NCBI GenBank assembly: GCA_964304625.1
Contig: OZ199839.1
Span: 8,340,560-8,404,559, forward strand
Direction: 5' to 3'
Source of the DNA: Kudoa neothunni
Taxonomy: Eukaryota; Animalia; Cnidaria
DNA length: 64,000 nucleotides
Shown: positions 22,977 through 35,904 of the stretch, piece by piece
Layout: each line of letters begins with the position of its first letter
Position numbering within the stretch: the stretch's first letter is position 1
The notes under the pieces: generated by a model
Databases searched by the model: none
Told to the model about the DNA's origin: nothing
What the model saw: only the letters and a program-made list of their open reading frames with translations
Position numbers and translations under genes: made by a program

Positions 22977-25900
22977 CTACTCTTTAATATAAAAAATATC
23001 GTTTATATCAATCATAATTATTATATTTTTTAGTTGGTAAATTTATTTCCCTATTATCTTATAATCTCTGAAAATGTGTTTTTGTATACTTATTAAATTA
23101 AAATCGAAGTTTTATAAACCAAACAAGTTTAATTTACAAAACTTATAATGATTATCTATTTATCAAGTTACGCATATATTTTTCAGACTAGAAATATAAG
23201 ATAATGATGTATTTTCATAATTCTAACCTAAAATTATGGTGGAATATTTACAGTTATCCTCAAAAGTGGATTGAATATTTTAGTTAATAAGAAAAATATT
23301 ATTCAAACAAATAATTTCTAGAGAAAGATATATTTATTTGGCGATGCTTAGTAGAATATTAATGCACACCTTGGACGAAAATTTAAAATAAAAGAAAATT
23401 AATCGGAATTTTCTTAATATTTAATCTCATGTCGATTTTTAACGCCCTAAATAACTCAACTTCCATTTAAATATGATATATTGTTTGGAGTTAATGAAGA
23501 TTTCTTTAATTATTGTAAAAATGGAGTGTAATAATTCTTAATCAAGGCCTGAATGTATATGTCTATTTGTGTCGATCTAAAATATCATAAAAACATTGAT
23601 ATCACGTGCTTTTAAATATATTATATTTTACGTTAAACAAATGAGAAAAAGTTTAGTAATAAAATAGAAAAATATCACTTTGGCTAATTTCTTAATAGGA
23701 AATTATACTTTAATTTATATCCACTAACGGCACCAATATAAAGGATTTATTGTATTGCTTCTTTTTAAATTATAATATTTGTGAATTAAAATAATCGAAC
23801 AAACATACATACATCTAAATTCATGTATCTGTCATAAAAATTTATTCAGAGCTTAATTATTATTAATTATTCATTTCATTCTGAATCATTATAAACGATT
23901 AAATTAATTATTTCATTTTAATGTTAATGTTAATGTTCATTAAATTATATTTTATTTCCAATGAAATCAATAGAGTAGAACTCCATGTAAACGAATATGT
24001 GGGACGTAGCATTTTTCTAATATTGAAATTTTTTTAGAATATACTTCAAATTATAGTGAATTTTTAAAAATCGTTTAGATAGCGTGATTTTTGGATAAAC
24101 GATATTAGGATAAAGGATTTTGATTATCTATGTTAATTTTATTTAAAATGCTATTTTTAAATAATATATTTTATAATTATTACACAAAAATATTTTTTGT
24201 TCTTTTTTAAATGTAATCAAACATTGATTACTTACAAAATTTAGGAAAAATATTAGAATAATAAAACGACATGAGTTTTATTTAATAAAATAAATTAAAT
24301 AAAAAGACAGACCATATATTCCGTATTTTGAAAAAATAAAAAAATAGGATTATTTAATTTTAAATTTGATTCCGTAACCTCATTACACTTAGTTTATCGA
24401 CGTCATTAGGAACGTCCCACGTTGGTTACCTAAATACACAAATAAATGTTGTAGGGTTTATATCGATATATTGTGATAACCAATTATTGATAATAGACCA
24501 TACAAAATTACAATCCCACATAAGTCGGTAGGTAATTAAATGGATATAAATGAATGCAAAGCGAAAACTGGTTTAAATTGTTTTTATATTTAGTATTAGA
24601 TGAGTCTCGTATCCATTCCATTATCAAGAATTATTGCTCTAAAATATACAAAAAAGACGACCTTCAAACGAACGTGAGGTCTGATAGGACCCAGAATATT
24701 TTCTTAATACAATAAGGCCTCGATAGCGCGTACTAAATGGGACCTGAGCTTTTATTGCCCAACAGGCAATCACAGCTTCAAACTAAGTGTGCTAGCTCTA
24801 TAAGAATAAATTATTTATTTTTCAACGAAAAAATGATCCATTTGGTTGTATTATTTAATAAAGAATGTGAAAGACATCGCTCCAACAATATAATAGGTTT
24901 TAATCTTTCTTTCGCGAACTTTTGATTAAGAGTTTAAGCTATCAAAACGATAGCTGAGAACACCAAAACACATTTTTGATCGTTATTTTTAAAATGGAAA
25001 TCATGAATTCCTTTAAAAAAGTGGATCCCTTTAATTCATCATTGATATTACGTGGAAATTTTTTTCCTTTGAATTAACCAGCCTATAATTCGACGAAAGT
25101 CCTTCGTGATTGTTTAATTCCGTTTTAATTCTACTGATTCTTCGTTGCATCTGTTCGTTGAGTGTAATGTTCGAAAAAAAGATAGGCCTTGTCTAGATTT
25201 AATATGTTTTATTTTCTATATCTACTTATTACCTCATAAAATTCGTTTACCTAATCACAAATAACGTCATCATCAGCGCTACCTGCTTCTCCGTGGAGAG
25301 TGAATTATTAAAAAAAACGAATCTTAAATTTTCAAGCCAACATTTGTTTCAACTGAAACCAGTGATTTAAAAATCATTAGCAAAAAGTTTTACCAATGAT
25401 GTGATCATAAACTCTAAAATATTATTTTTCGTGTTCTGACACTATCCAGTCACACAACTCAATTTCAAGTCGAAAATATGTTGCATTTGTAACCCCTTTA
25501 CTTTTTAAAGCCACAATGGAGTTCATAATGTCAAAATTTTATCATAATTTAAATAACACTCACAATAAAAGAATATATTATATCCTATGGTGCTTCAGGG
25601 TCATTTATTGACATTTAAGATTGGTTTAATTGAATTATAACGTTGAATAATTCCAAGTTTTTATCAAAATTTCTTTCGTCTCTCATAATGCTGAACGTTC
25701 CAATGTGTAATTTAGTGGATTAATCAGATTAAAATTTGTAGTAACTACTGTTCAATAACAAGACATTGAATTTTACGAAAACTGCATCAAATAAATGTTA
25801 TTTCATATGTTTGTGTATAACGTTAAATTAAAATACCATATACATCGAAAATTTTATATTGTTGAGTACATAAAATTAATAAAAATGCCAACCACCCCAT

Positions 25901-25987
25901 ATCGAACCTCGTAAAATCGATATCTTACTTTATATGAGTTAACCTATATAAAACAATATTACTTTAAAATATACTAACTATTTTTAA

Positions 25988-27300
25988 CCTTCCAAGCATG
26001 TGTGGGGTCTATTGGACCCCAACGCAAATGTCTGAATCATCTACAGATCATCTGTAATTCAAAATAGGTTAAAAACCAATATTATTCCTCCAAAAAGCAA
26101 TATATTTTCATAATATCTTTTAAAAAATAATGAGGAAATTTTTTCCAGCGTAAAGTAACAATTACTTACACCGCGTTGTTGTTGGGGTCAAATGGACCCA
26201 CGCTTTTCTTTTATAAAATAAAAGTACAAATTATTTTACAAAAATGTTTAAATTTTGGGAGAATTCTATCGAGTAAATATTAAATAAATAACTGAATGCG
26301 ACGCAAGTAATGCTCACCTGCATTCGCGATGTCGCTATAAGCCAGCGCTTCCCAACCAAGACTGGACTCATTCCCCATTTTTTGACAAAACGAAATTCGC
26401 ACCCCCTTGTATACGATAAGATGTAACTGACTTAAAATATGTAAAAAAATTATTTTCAATTTTGATCGGATCTTGCAACACCTGAGACCAAAGTTCGCAC
26501 TCCCTAAGGTGCGGGCACCCCCAGTTGGGAACCCATGCTCTAATGGTTTTGGGCTCAATTTTATTAATGCTATATTTTTCAATACAGTAAACCAATATGT
26601 AATAGATTCTAGTTATTCTTCTAATAAAATTTTGTCGAGAAATGATTATAAAGTTTTAATTTTTATTTTATCTTGTAATAGTCTTTGATTAAAAATATTT
26701 AAAAGAATGTAAACTATTTCCAACTTAAATATAATAAAATTCCTACGGGTAGTTTTTGTAGAAAGTAAGGAAATATTCGATAAATTAATCTAAACGCATG
26801 CGCAGAATGTAGAAAAATGTGTGATTCTAAAGATTTTATTGACGAATTTTATTTATTAGGAAATGAACATCAAATTATTGACGAAAATGTCTTCTTATCG
26901 ATGTTTCTTTCTTGAAAATTGTTGGAAAAAATTGATCATAGAGACCTTACGTTAAAAACTAGATACCACCAGGCCTCCAATCATCATCTAAAAGGGCCCC
27001 CCGTGGCAGTATTTTTGTATTCCATGAAAAGTATATATTGGTGTCTTATGTTCCCAATGAATCAAAATGCGTGATTTGCTTAAAGAAATCGTTGAACAAT
27101 TATACAAAACATTGTTGACAACAAATTCCACAAACAAAGCAATGGGAACAGGTTTCAGCATTGTTTATGCACCCCAACAAGAACCTTTTGTTAATGTAAA
27201 GCGAGAAACACGTTCTACAATGAGAGGAAAAATGGTAAAAAATCTCCTAAATGGTGCCAATATTGTTATAAATTTTATTGTCCATCGGCGCCAAAGCCCC
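25988..27300 (+). mobile_element. Degenerate piggyBac remnant
   Basis: A TTAA-CC end at 25984-25989 with GGGGTC...GGACCC subterminal repeats. Transposase fragments SIFVFHEKYILVSYVPNESKCVI (cf. the piggyBac SYVPK..V.LLS motif) and a C-terminal KWCQYCYKFYC lie at ~26900-27285. Boundaries are approximate. Confidence 0.6.
26343..26537 (+). mobile_element. hAT-type MITE (~195 bp)
   Basis: TIRs CAGCGCTTCCCAAC / GTTGGGAACCCATG, a degenerate 8-bp TSD (CTATAAGC/CTCTAATG), and a second copy at 18606. Confidence 0.85.
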
Positions 27301-29608
27301 CCTTCGCGAAGGTTTCCTTGTGCAGACAAAAGACTTTTTGATTTTTAAGTAAAGAGCGCTAATGCCCAACTTTGTTTGTTACTGTGTGATGGAAGATTTT
27401 AAGTTGTAGTTTTATTTCTGAATAGAGAAATTCTACGATTAAATTAATTTAATTAGCACGTTCAACATTGTAAATTTTATTTTTCTATTCTAACTGATAC
27501 ATTTTAAGGCTTGTCATGATTTTTACAATGTGATGATTTAGATATATGAAATTATGCGCGCGCATACCACCAAAATATAAATAGAGGTGTTGAGGGAAGT
27601 TAATGAGTATTTTTAAGTTTATTTTACAAATTATAGGCCAAAAATATAATGACCTTAATTTTATGAACAATTTAATCAACGATTAAAGTTCATTTATTTA
27701 CTAAACAAAATCATTAAATAATTTAAATAGGAATTTCAGTTTTTTTTCAAAATTTTACGATAAAAATTAATCCTTCTAATTATAGAATTTATTATTAGTC
27801 TACAAACGATAAAAAAAATAAAATCGACCTAGGATGTTTCAAAAATAAAAATATTAATTATTACTCCTTTTTTTCAATTTTATAAAGGACCTTAATCAAT
27901 GATATTTTAATAATCTGTGAGTGGTTACATACGTATTCATTATTTTAACTTAATTTACCCATTTTTAATGAATGCAATCTTTGTTTTTTAACAAAAATAC
28001 GATTAAATCTAAAATGTAAAGATGTTTTTGGTTTGAAAAATTGCAGTAATGCTTAAATATTTAAATATGAACTGGTTCTCTCGAAGGAGTGCATCCTTTT
28101 AAAAATAAATATACTTTTGAATGCCCTAAAAAATTTCATTGTAACGAACTATTCTTAGATTAACGAAAACTTTGTGAAAATATCGGTTAGATCGAGTAGA
28201 CCAATAATTTCTTATTAACTTACATAACACGTATTGAGATTGAGAGGGGGTTGTATTTTGTGCAAAAGTAATCGTGAATATAAATTCTTAAACTACGTAT
28301 AGAATGCTTTGTCGCATATTTTCATGCAATTTTTGTATCATATTGAATTAATTGTAACGAGAGGAAAATTATATATTGATCTGAATATTAATCGATATAT
28401 TTGATAAAAAGAAATTTTCATTAGAGAAGTTATTACAAAAATTATATTATTTGAAAACTCTACACACATGCTACATCGTTTTTAGGATGCGTATAGAGAC
28501 CGAAATTATTCCAACATGACAAAAACTTATAATCTCAAATTATGTGTTTTATTTAAAATGATCATAAAATTTTTCGCCTAACTATATCGATAACGCTTGA
28601 AAAATGAAAATGCATCCTGAATAATTCGGTTGTGCTTCAAATTTTAAGGTAAAAGCAACAACTCTTGTAAATGTGACGTTAATATTTAAATTGCCTTAAA
28701 ATTATTCCAAACGACATACATAATATTTTTAACACATTCTATAAAATAATTAAAAGATTCTCTTTGTATATAATGAGTGAGAGTTTATATTAATTTACTA
28801 CCACTCCGAAGTAAACCAATATCAATATTATCCAGGTACTTTTAATGTGCTTATTGACGTAGGCAACCAGAAAATTGCTTACTTCTGATAACGATATTTA
28901 TTGTGTAAGCAATTATAAGTGAATTGGCGATTAGTTGTAATAGTATCATCCTTCTAAATGTATACTAAAAGTTGTATTTAAAAAAAGTTTCTCCATGGCA
29001 CATGCGTACTACTGCAAACACACAGACCAAGGATTTTATATATGGATAGACTTATCTTTTCTTACACTACATTTGTTGGCATATCTTCAAATTATAAATC
29101 ATTTGCATTATAAACTGCCGCAAATATTCCACTAAACAATATGCTAATTGGTCAAAATATGACCTAATTTTTTAAATTTGTACAATTTCGCATGCGCAAA
29201 GTTAAGTTTATGCGTAATTATTTTAATCTCTCTTTTGATTACGCGCGACCCTTAAGTCACTGTGTATGTGAGGAGTAGTCGACTAGACCACTTAAAACCA
29301 ACGCGATATTAAACGAGAACGTTTACCCTAATCCACCGCCAATGTATTATCAGTATTAATTGTGGAGTAAACAATTTTTGATAGTTCACATGATTCGAAT
29401 ATTTTTGTTAATCAATGAATATTACAACCTATGTATTGATAATCCTTTTGTTTAATTGAGATAGATAAAAAATTAAATGAGGTGAAATCATCATGTATTG
29501 TCAATTATTCCATATTTCACTATATTTCTCTGAAATAATATTAGCAATCATATCTAATATATTTGAACGGGTGTTATTTCTGAGTGTTGTTATTTACAAC
29601 CTGCAGAA

Positions 29609-29938
29609 TTAAGTGAATAAGTAAGTAAGTAAGTAAGTAAATAATTAAATAAATAATTAAGTAAGTAAGCAAATAAGTAAGCAAATAAATAATTAAATAA
29701 ATAATTAAGTAAGTAAGCAAATAAGTAAGCAAATAAATAATTAAATAAATAATTAAGTAAGTAAGCAAATAAATAAATAAGTAAATAATTAAGTAAGTAA
29801 GCAAATAAATAAATAAGTAAGTAAGTAAGTAAGTAAGTAAATAAATAAATAAATAATTAAGTAAGTAAATAAATAAATAAGTAAGTAAGTAAGTAAGTAA
29901 GTAAATAAATAAATAATTAAGTAAGTAAGTAATTAAGT
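29609..29938. repeat. Compound tetranucleotide microsatellite (TAAG/TAAA/TAAT/CAAA)n with a higher-order repeat
   Basis: Directly visible. A 48-bp unit TAATTAAATAAATAATTAAGTAAGTAAGCAAATAAGTAAGCAAATAAA recurs in 29640-29770. Confidence 0.95.
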
Positions 29939-30113
29939 AGGGTTACTAAAAAATACAAGCCAATTCAATAAACAGCAAGTCGTAACGTATCGTAACAGGT
30001 TGTATTAATCATTGGTGCTTGCGAATGACACCTATCCAATTGGCGAAAAACAACAATAATCCATATATAAATTAGATGATCGATTAAATTGTTTTATCGA
30101 TTACTACTCACAT

Positions 30114-33100
30114 CATGCTGACGCTGACGCTGTTCAGCTCACATGAAAAACAATCGAATATCGCACCCCCGAAAAGCAGTTAATAAAAATTAAATAAATC
30201 TCGAATTAGATTAAGTAGCTCACGCATGCCATTAAATATAATTAACTCTATTTTAACAAGATTAAAACCGAACTAATTTCCTACAGAACTCCTTGAAATT
30301 CATACAGTAACCACACACACGGATAAAATAGCATTTTCAAATCTTCATTAGCAGATAGGTTTCTAGAATATTTTGGAACCGGCCGTCGATAAGATTTTTG
30401 TTGAGAATTTTATAGTGTGTTCCACATGAAAAGTACACAAAATTCTGCTTTAATTTAGTCGTTGTAAATAATTTTCCGAATATTACGAATAGAATTGATA
30501 AGACCATTCAAATTCCTTAATGAAAGAAGCATCGATCTGACATACGATGGTTTCAAGTTCACAATCGAAAGCTCTAAACACATTCGATCAGTTTATCTGG
30601 AGTAATAATCAATTGTTTTCAGTTAGAGATTTAAATTCTAACCCATCATCAACATCAACTTGTAGATTGTTGTATCGTTTGAAAAATTCTTCCCTCCACA
30701 AACAACACGAAAGTATTCAAACATTTTATAGAGTAACCAATTTTCCAATGTGTACATCGTATAAAATTGATTTCAGAAACTGGAAAATATGTGGATCAAC
30801 TGGAGGGAGTTTAGAAAATATGAGATTTCATTCGATATCATGCTGGATTTTACCGAAAGATACATTTGTGATAAAGCATACGATATGTATTTATCTAGTA
30901 GCTGAACGGCTGATTTTATCAATTATTATATCTGTGGTGAGTTTGAATATTGTGACTGTGATTTTAGGTTGTTTGACAACCTGACCAGTGAACATATCGA
31001 TACTGATATTAAAACCATGCGTTTCCTGCAGATTCTGAAAGAAGAAGACCGACTTCGTCATTTGATACCCTCTTCATTTTGTTTCGAGGAGGATCCCGCT
31101 CTTCGCGAGCAGCTCCTTAACTCGTTGATTATTTTACGGCGTGCACTCTTATGCAGAATACCCTCTTGGAAGGTTGATGGAATAGTGGTATTTTCCAAAC
31201 AACTGTTGAGTATGTAATACTTTTATTTGGATGGCAATTACGCGCCAACTATACGGTTCACGTATGGCTGAAAATAGGCGCATTCGTGTGATTGTGCGCA
31301 TGCGTTATTGGACTATTTGTGCGCATTTTTATCAGATTCCTTATAAGAATTCCAATTTTGATTAACTAAAATTAAAAATTTAAATGTTGAACATATGGGG
31401 AGCAATTTTCTTGTATATTCCAAAAATGATTTGAATCAGCCTTCAGCTATCACTATTGAGATAATTAACTATTGAGATAATGAACTATTTCGAACGTTGT
31501 CTTATTTAAATGCTAGATGGAAGGATTTAATAGATACAGCCGATCTTAATTAATATTCATATTTGGAGTTTAGAAATATTAAATTAAATTTATGAATTGT
31601 TCGCGGATTACTCAACTCAATATATTTAAATACGAGTAGATATTTCGATCCATTTAATCCTCAACATTTCTCCTTATCGCAATTTTATTGTCATATTTAT
31701 GAAATTAATGGGTCATCGAACTCTCTTAATCCGGATCAATGCTCGGCAATTTGCGGTTACCGATGTTTAAATTATGTAATCAAATCAAATAATCCAATAA
31801 AAGATATGTAAAATATAGAAATTATTGATGTGTACTGTTTTATTTATCTTCAGAAATAGCATAGTCATGAATGTTTTGTTTATATGTCTTTAAAGGATGA
31901 CACTGTCGGTTGATATAATTATGATTTTAAAAGCCATCGATGCCCCCCCCCCCCCAACATGTTCATTTATAATCTCCATAACTCCCACTTAAAATCTACC
32001 GATATAGTCTATTTTTAGTGAGTTATATGGTAGGCAACTGATAATATGCACCAAACTGCGTGCGCACATGTTATTATTTTTTGTTTTCTTGATTTTTCAG
32101 AATGAGTATTCCATCTTTTATTTAATTAGAATAATAAAAAACATTATTAAGATTATTTGGCCGAAAAATAATTCACAATTTTTGTTTTATTCAATTTTAT
32201 TCATAAAATATTTGTATCTTTTTACACTTGGATAAAATTTATTGAGTAATTAATTCTAAAAAATTCTAAATAATATTTTTTATATTTTGATACCTTTAGT
32301 TATGTGCATCCATAGCATTATTTATTCGATAACTAATATTGTCTCGAAATAAAATTTATTTTATTTTCATAAAATGAAATGATCATTTTTTGATAGATAT
32401 CTAAAAAAACCTTTTCTACTCTTTCAAAGATTGAATTGATAAATTGATAGAGTTAAACTTGTTCTTATTTCCAATAAAAACAATTTAATCTACGTGGATC
32501 GGCCCAAAAAAGCGTATTAGTATCATTGGTTGGTCACGTGATGCAATAGATTGATTTCCCGGTTTAATTAAAAAATATTATAAAACTTTTCACCCAATAT
32601 AAACTTTGAATACGCCATATCGACTATAGTGCTTATTATCGATTGCCTACTGTACAATGTACAATGTATATTAAGTTTTTTGGTTACAGCCGATAATTAA
32701 TATTTATGCAATGTGGGGGTGTAGTGAATTCATTCCTATTAATCTGCGCAAACTGGATATTTATTGCAAAGTTACTGAACCAGGTTGTATTGTGTAATTG
32801 AGAAAATTGAAAAAAATCGAATATACAATATATTAACGACACAGTGCGACCTAAATGCATGATATTGATATTGCAAAAAACAGATATCTAAATAATTCAT
32901 CTCAACTATTTAAAGTTCACTCTGTTTATTTTTCGTGGGGACTTTGTTAGGTTGATCCCACTCCAAATTAACCTGTTTAATTTTAATCTAGCCGGGGTTA
33001 TATTTTATTCCACTTTTTGTTCTTAGAACTACCTAAAGAGGATTGGATGTTTACATTTTTAATAACAAATAGTTTTTCCGATACATTTGGATTTGGTGCC

Positions 33101-34745
33101 ATGTTGATAGCATTTGAAATCAACACAAAGTGATGTAATTTAAATGTAACGAACAATACGTCTATATTTAATGTAAATTATTTGATTGATTAATTAATTA
33201 ATTCAATAAATAAATAAATAAATAAAGATTTATTCTATTAATATATTTGTAGCTGATTATTATGCTCAACTTTCAAATACTTAAAAATGTATTAAATAAA
33301 TATATTTTTTTTTCAAATTAATCCTATTTTAATACTTTTCACCAATATTTTTGTATTATTCAAGACTTGCGTAATTATTTGACGCAAACCAATTACACCT
33401 CTATAATACACACATCAAACTCTGAACACAGTAATAGTTATTCGTTGCTATGAGTTCAGTCAAAACAGGTGAAAATATTTCGAATTAACATTTATTTAAT
33501 TATTCATATAATTAATTACTATAGTTTAACCCTTTGAACCCCAATGTTGTCAAATGGCAATATTTTGATTACATTTTTTATATCTATCTTGAATGTAATA
33601 ATATAGTTGATTTGATTTTATACAAGTGGATTATAAAAATTTGTATGTTTTATATCAAGAGCAATACATATAAATATCTAACTCCACGACAAATATAAAA
33701 TAGGATAAAGTATCCAGCCATTGAACTTAGAATTTCGAGGTTTCAATAGAATTAAAAATATACACATATACTATTGAATATGTTTATTCTAAAAATGAAT
33801 CTTAGAATAAAATATGATTCCATATGTACACTATAGATATATATTAATTCTTGTCGTCATTTGACACCATGTGTGTATTATTTAATTTTTTTTAATGAGT
33901 GATTAAATTTTTGGATATTTATATAAAATTATACATAATTAGAAAAAATTTTGTTCAGTCACTGAATTAAATTCGGGGTTCAAAGGATTAACGTTAACTG
34001 GTCGCCGATAATAATAATTAAAATTTCAACCAATTATCTAAATATAAAAAAATCAAATTAGTCTAATTTTTAAATGAACAATATAATTAAGATTGTAGTA
34101 TTAAATTATGAATCATTTAATTTAATTGTTTACAGGTATCATTGAAGAATCGCAATCCAATGATCATTCCCGCCATGCGAGTGCTGATGATTTTATTCCA
34201 CTTCTTATTTACGCGATATGTCTTTCCAATCCATCACTCATTCACTCAAATATCGAGTAACTATGTTTATTCCAAATAGATTTACTCACTTTCTACGACA
34301 TTATAACACATAAAATATTTAGATTTGTGAATAAATTTTGTAATCCATCAAAGCTATCAAGCGGAGAATGCGCCTACTACTATACCAGTTTTGTACGTGC
34401 TTCAGTTATTGCTATTGTTATTAAGCATACCCTATGTTAATTTAATGAGCTGACCCTCACTAGTTAGCTTAGTTAAAGTTATAACTTTTAACTTATAACA
34501 CACCCTCCCATTGCTCTACCATTGTAATAATGTGATTGTATTTCTAGTGTGCTGCCGTCTCATTCATTGATAACATAAAAGCTGAACATCTCAGCGTCGA
34601 TAACGAAACCTTCCTCCAAATACGACTACGTTCGATACCAGAATGGCATCGCAATTATCGAGCGAATCAATTTAGAGTTAAACAAGTGCGCAACTACAAA
34701 CATGAAATCAGCAAACGAATAAAAAAATCTTCAAAACATTGTTAG
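30114..34745 (+). CDS. RABGEF1: VPS9-domain Rab5 guanine nucleotide exchange factor (Rabex-5-like); 5' exons unresolved
   Basis: Spliced motifs ESIQTFYR, MLDFTERYI, RIPSWKVDGI, HASADDFIPLLIYAICLSNPSLIHSNIEFVNKFCNPSKLSSGECAYYYTSFCAAVSFIDNI match the Rabex-5 helical bundle plus VPS9 domain. One ~2.9-kb intron (~31210-34135). The start codon is tentative. Confidence 0.8.
31390..31790 (+). pseudogene. Possible relic of an adenain-type cysteine protease (Polinton/Maverick-like) inside the VPS9 intron
   Basis: Broken-frame fragments NTSRYFDPF and QCSAICGYRCLNYV resemble the adenain YFD(S/P)F and Q...S..CG..CL motifs. Heavily decayed. Confidence 0.35.
33530..33987. mobile_element. piggyBac-type MITE in the VPS9 intron
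   Basis: TTAA TSDs at 33526-33529 and 33988-33991. TIR CCCTTTGAACCCC / GGGGTTCAAAGGA. Subterminal inverted TGTCAAATG / CATTTGACA. Confidence 0.85.
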
Positions 34746-34810
34746 AGTTTCAAATATTTAGTCATAGTTGACGTTGCCACAGTTGGTGTTTATATTAAGC
34801 TTGTTTGTTA

Positions 34811-34822
34811 TGCGCAGGCGCA
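34811..34822. promoter_or_regulatory. NRF-1-like site TGCGCAGGCGCA upstream of eIF2-beta
   Basis: Matches the TGCGCA(T/G)GCGCA consensus and lies ~30 bp before the ATG in an AT-rich background. Confidence 0.55.
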
Positions 34823-34851
34823 GACATAGATTTGGGAAATTGCAACCAGCC

Positions 34852-35904
34852 ATGACTGACGATGGCCAAAAGGTGTATGATATGGCACCAATGAAGCACT
34901 GCCTAGATGGATTCGATGTAATGACCAGTTACACTTGTACAGGCATAATTTAATCGTGTAGGAGCGTCCACCAACATTCTTAGAGAAAAATGATAAATTC
35001 AAAGATGAATTTGATCTCGATTTCAGCAATAGAAAGAAGAAAAAGAGATCCAAGGTAAGATAAAATAACAGAGATATATTGTCGTCTAATAATCTCATAA
35101 TTCAGCATAACGATGAGGGAAAACGAAAAAGTATCGTATTAATTATGTTGAAATTATTTGGTGATGAGCATGATGGGTGTGTGTGTGTGTAGATTTGAAT
35201 AATGGAACGATTGATTGGCCTGGTTATCCTTATGTGGACGTATGTTGTGTGGCTGGTTGTGTGGTGTTTTGAGTGGGGTGTGTTAGTTATTGGCAAGAGT
35301 GTTTGAAACTCTTGTTGAGAAAAATCCCAGTATCGCTGAGGGTAACAAAAAGATGTACGCGCTTAAACCACCTCTCATCGCAAGGGTTGGTACCAAAAAA
35401 ACTGCCATTGTCAATTTCGATGAAGTGTGCAAAAGTGTCAGAAGACCAAATCAAAATGTGTGTGCGTATTTGTTATCCGAGCTGGGAACAATGTAAAGTT
35501 AGGTTGTATGAGTGCTGATTTTTAGTTCTTTTAGTGGATCCATCGATTCCAGTACTCATCTCATCATCAAAGGAAGATTCCTTCAAAAACAAGTCGAAAG
35601 TATTCTCAAAAAATATTGCAGTAATTATATTTCCACTGCACAGTTCACAGTCACATACATTTTTTTACAGAGGAATATGTTGTGTGTCATTCGTGTAAGA
35701 GCTTCAACACCGAACTTGTGAAAGAGTCACGTCTATTGTTTTTGGTTTGCAATGCGTGCAATTCAAAATGTTCCGTACAAAGTATCAAAACTGGTTTCCA
35801 GGTATGTTACGCTTTTTGATTGTGACTGTGCCATTTTTATGTTATTTCTCTAATCTGTTCCATATTAGGCTGTAACATCAAAACGAAAGGCGATGCGTGT
35901 CTAA
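34852..35904 (+). CDS. EIF2S2: Translation initiation factor eIF2 subunit beta (8 exons)
   Basis: Splices in frame to DLDFSNRKKKKR...YVDLLARVF...LKPPLIARVGTKKTAIVNF...YLLSELGT.GSID...LIIKGRF...KEYVVCHSCKSFNT...LVCNACNSKCSVQSIKTGFQAVTSKR, including the C2-C2 zinc finger. Confidence 0.96.

Noticed and set aside
26280-26688. Three overlapping ORFs
   Set aside because: They overlie a non-coding hAT MITE.
27067-27348. 93-aa ORF as a host gene
   Set aside because: Other frames show piggyBac transposase motifs; it is part of a decayed element.
29574-29938. LTYL/IIYL ORF, telomeric repeat or CRISPR-like array
   Set aside because: A simple tetranucleotide microsatellite with no unique spacers and no TTAGGG.
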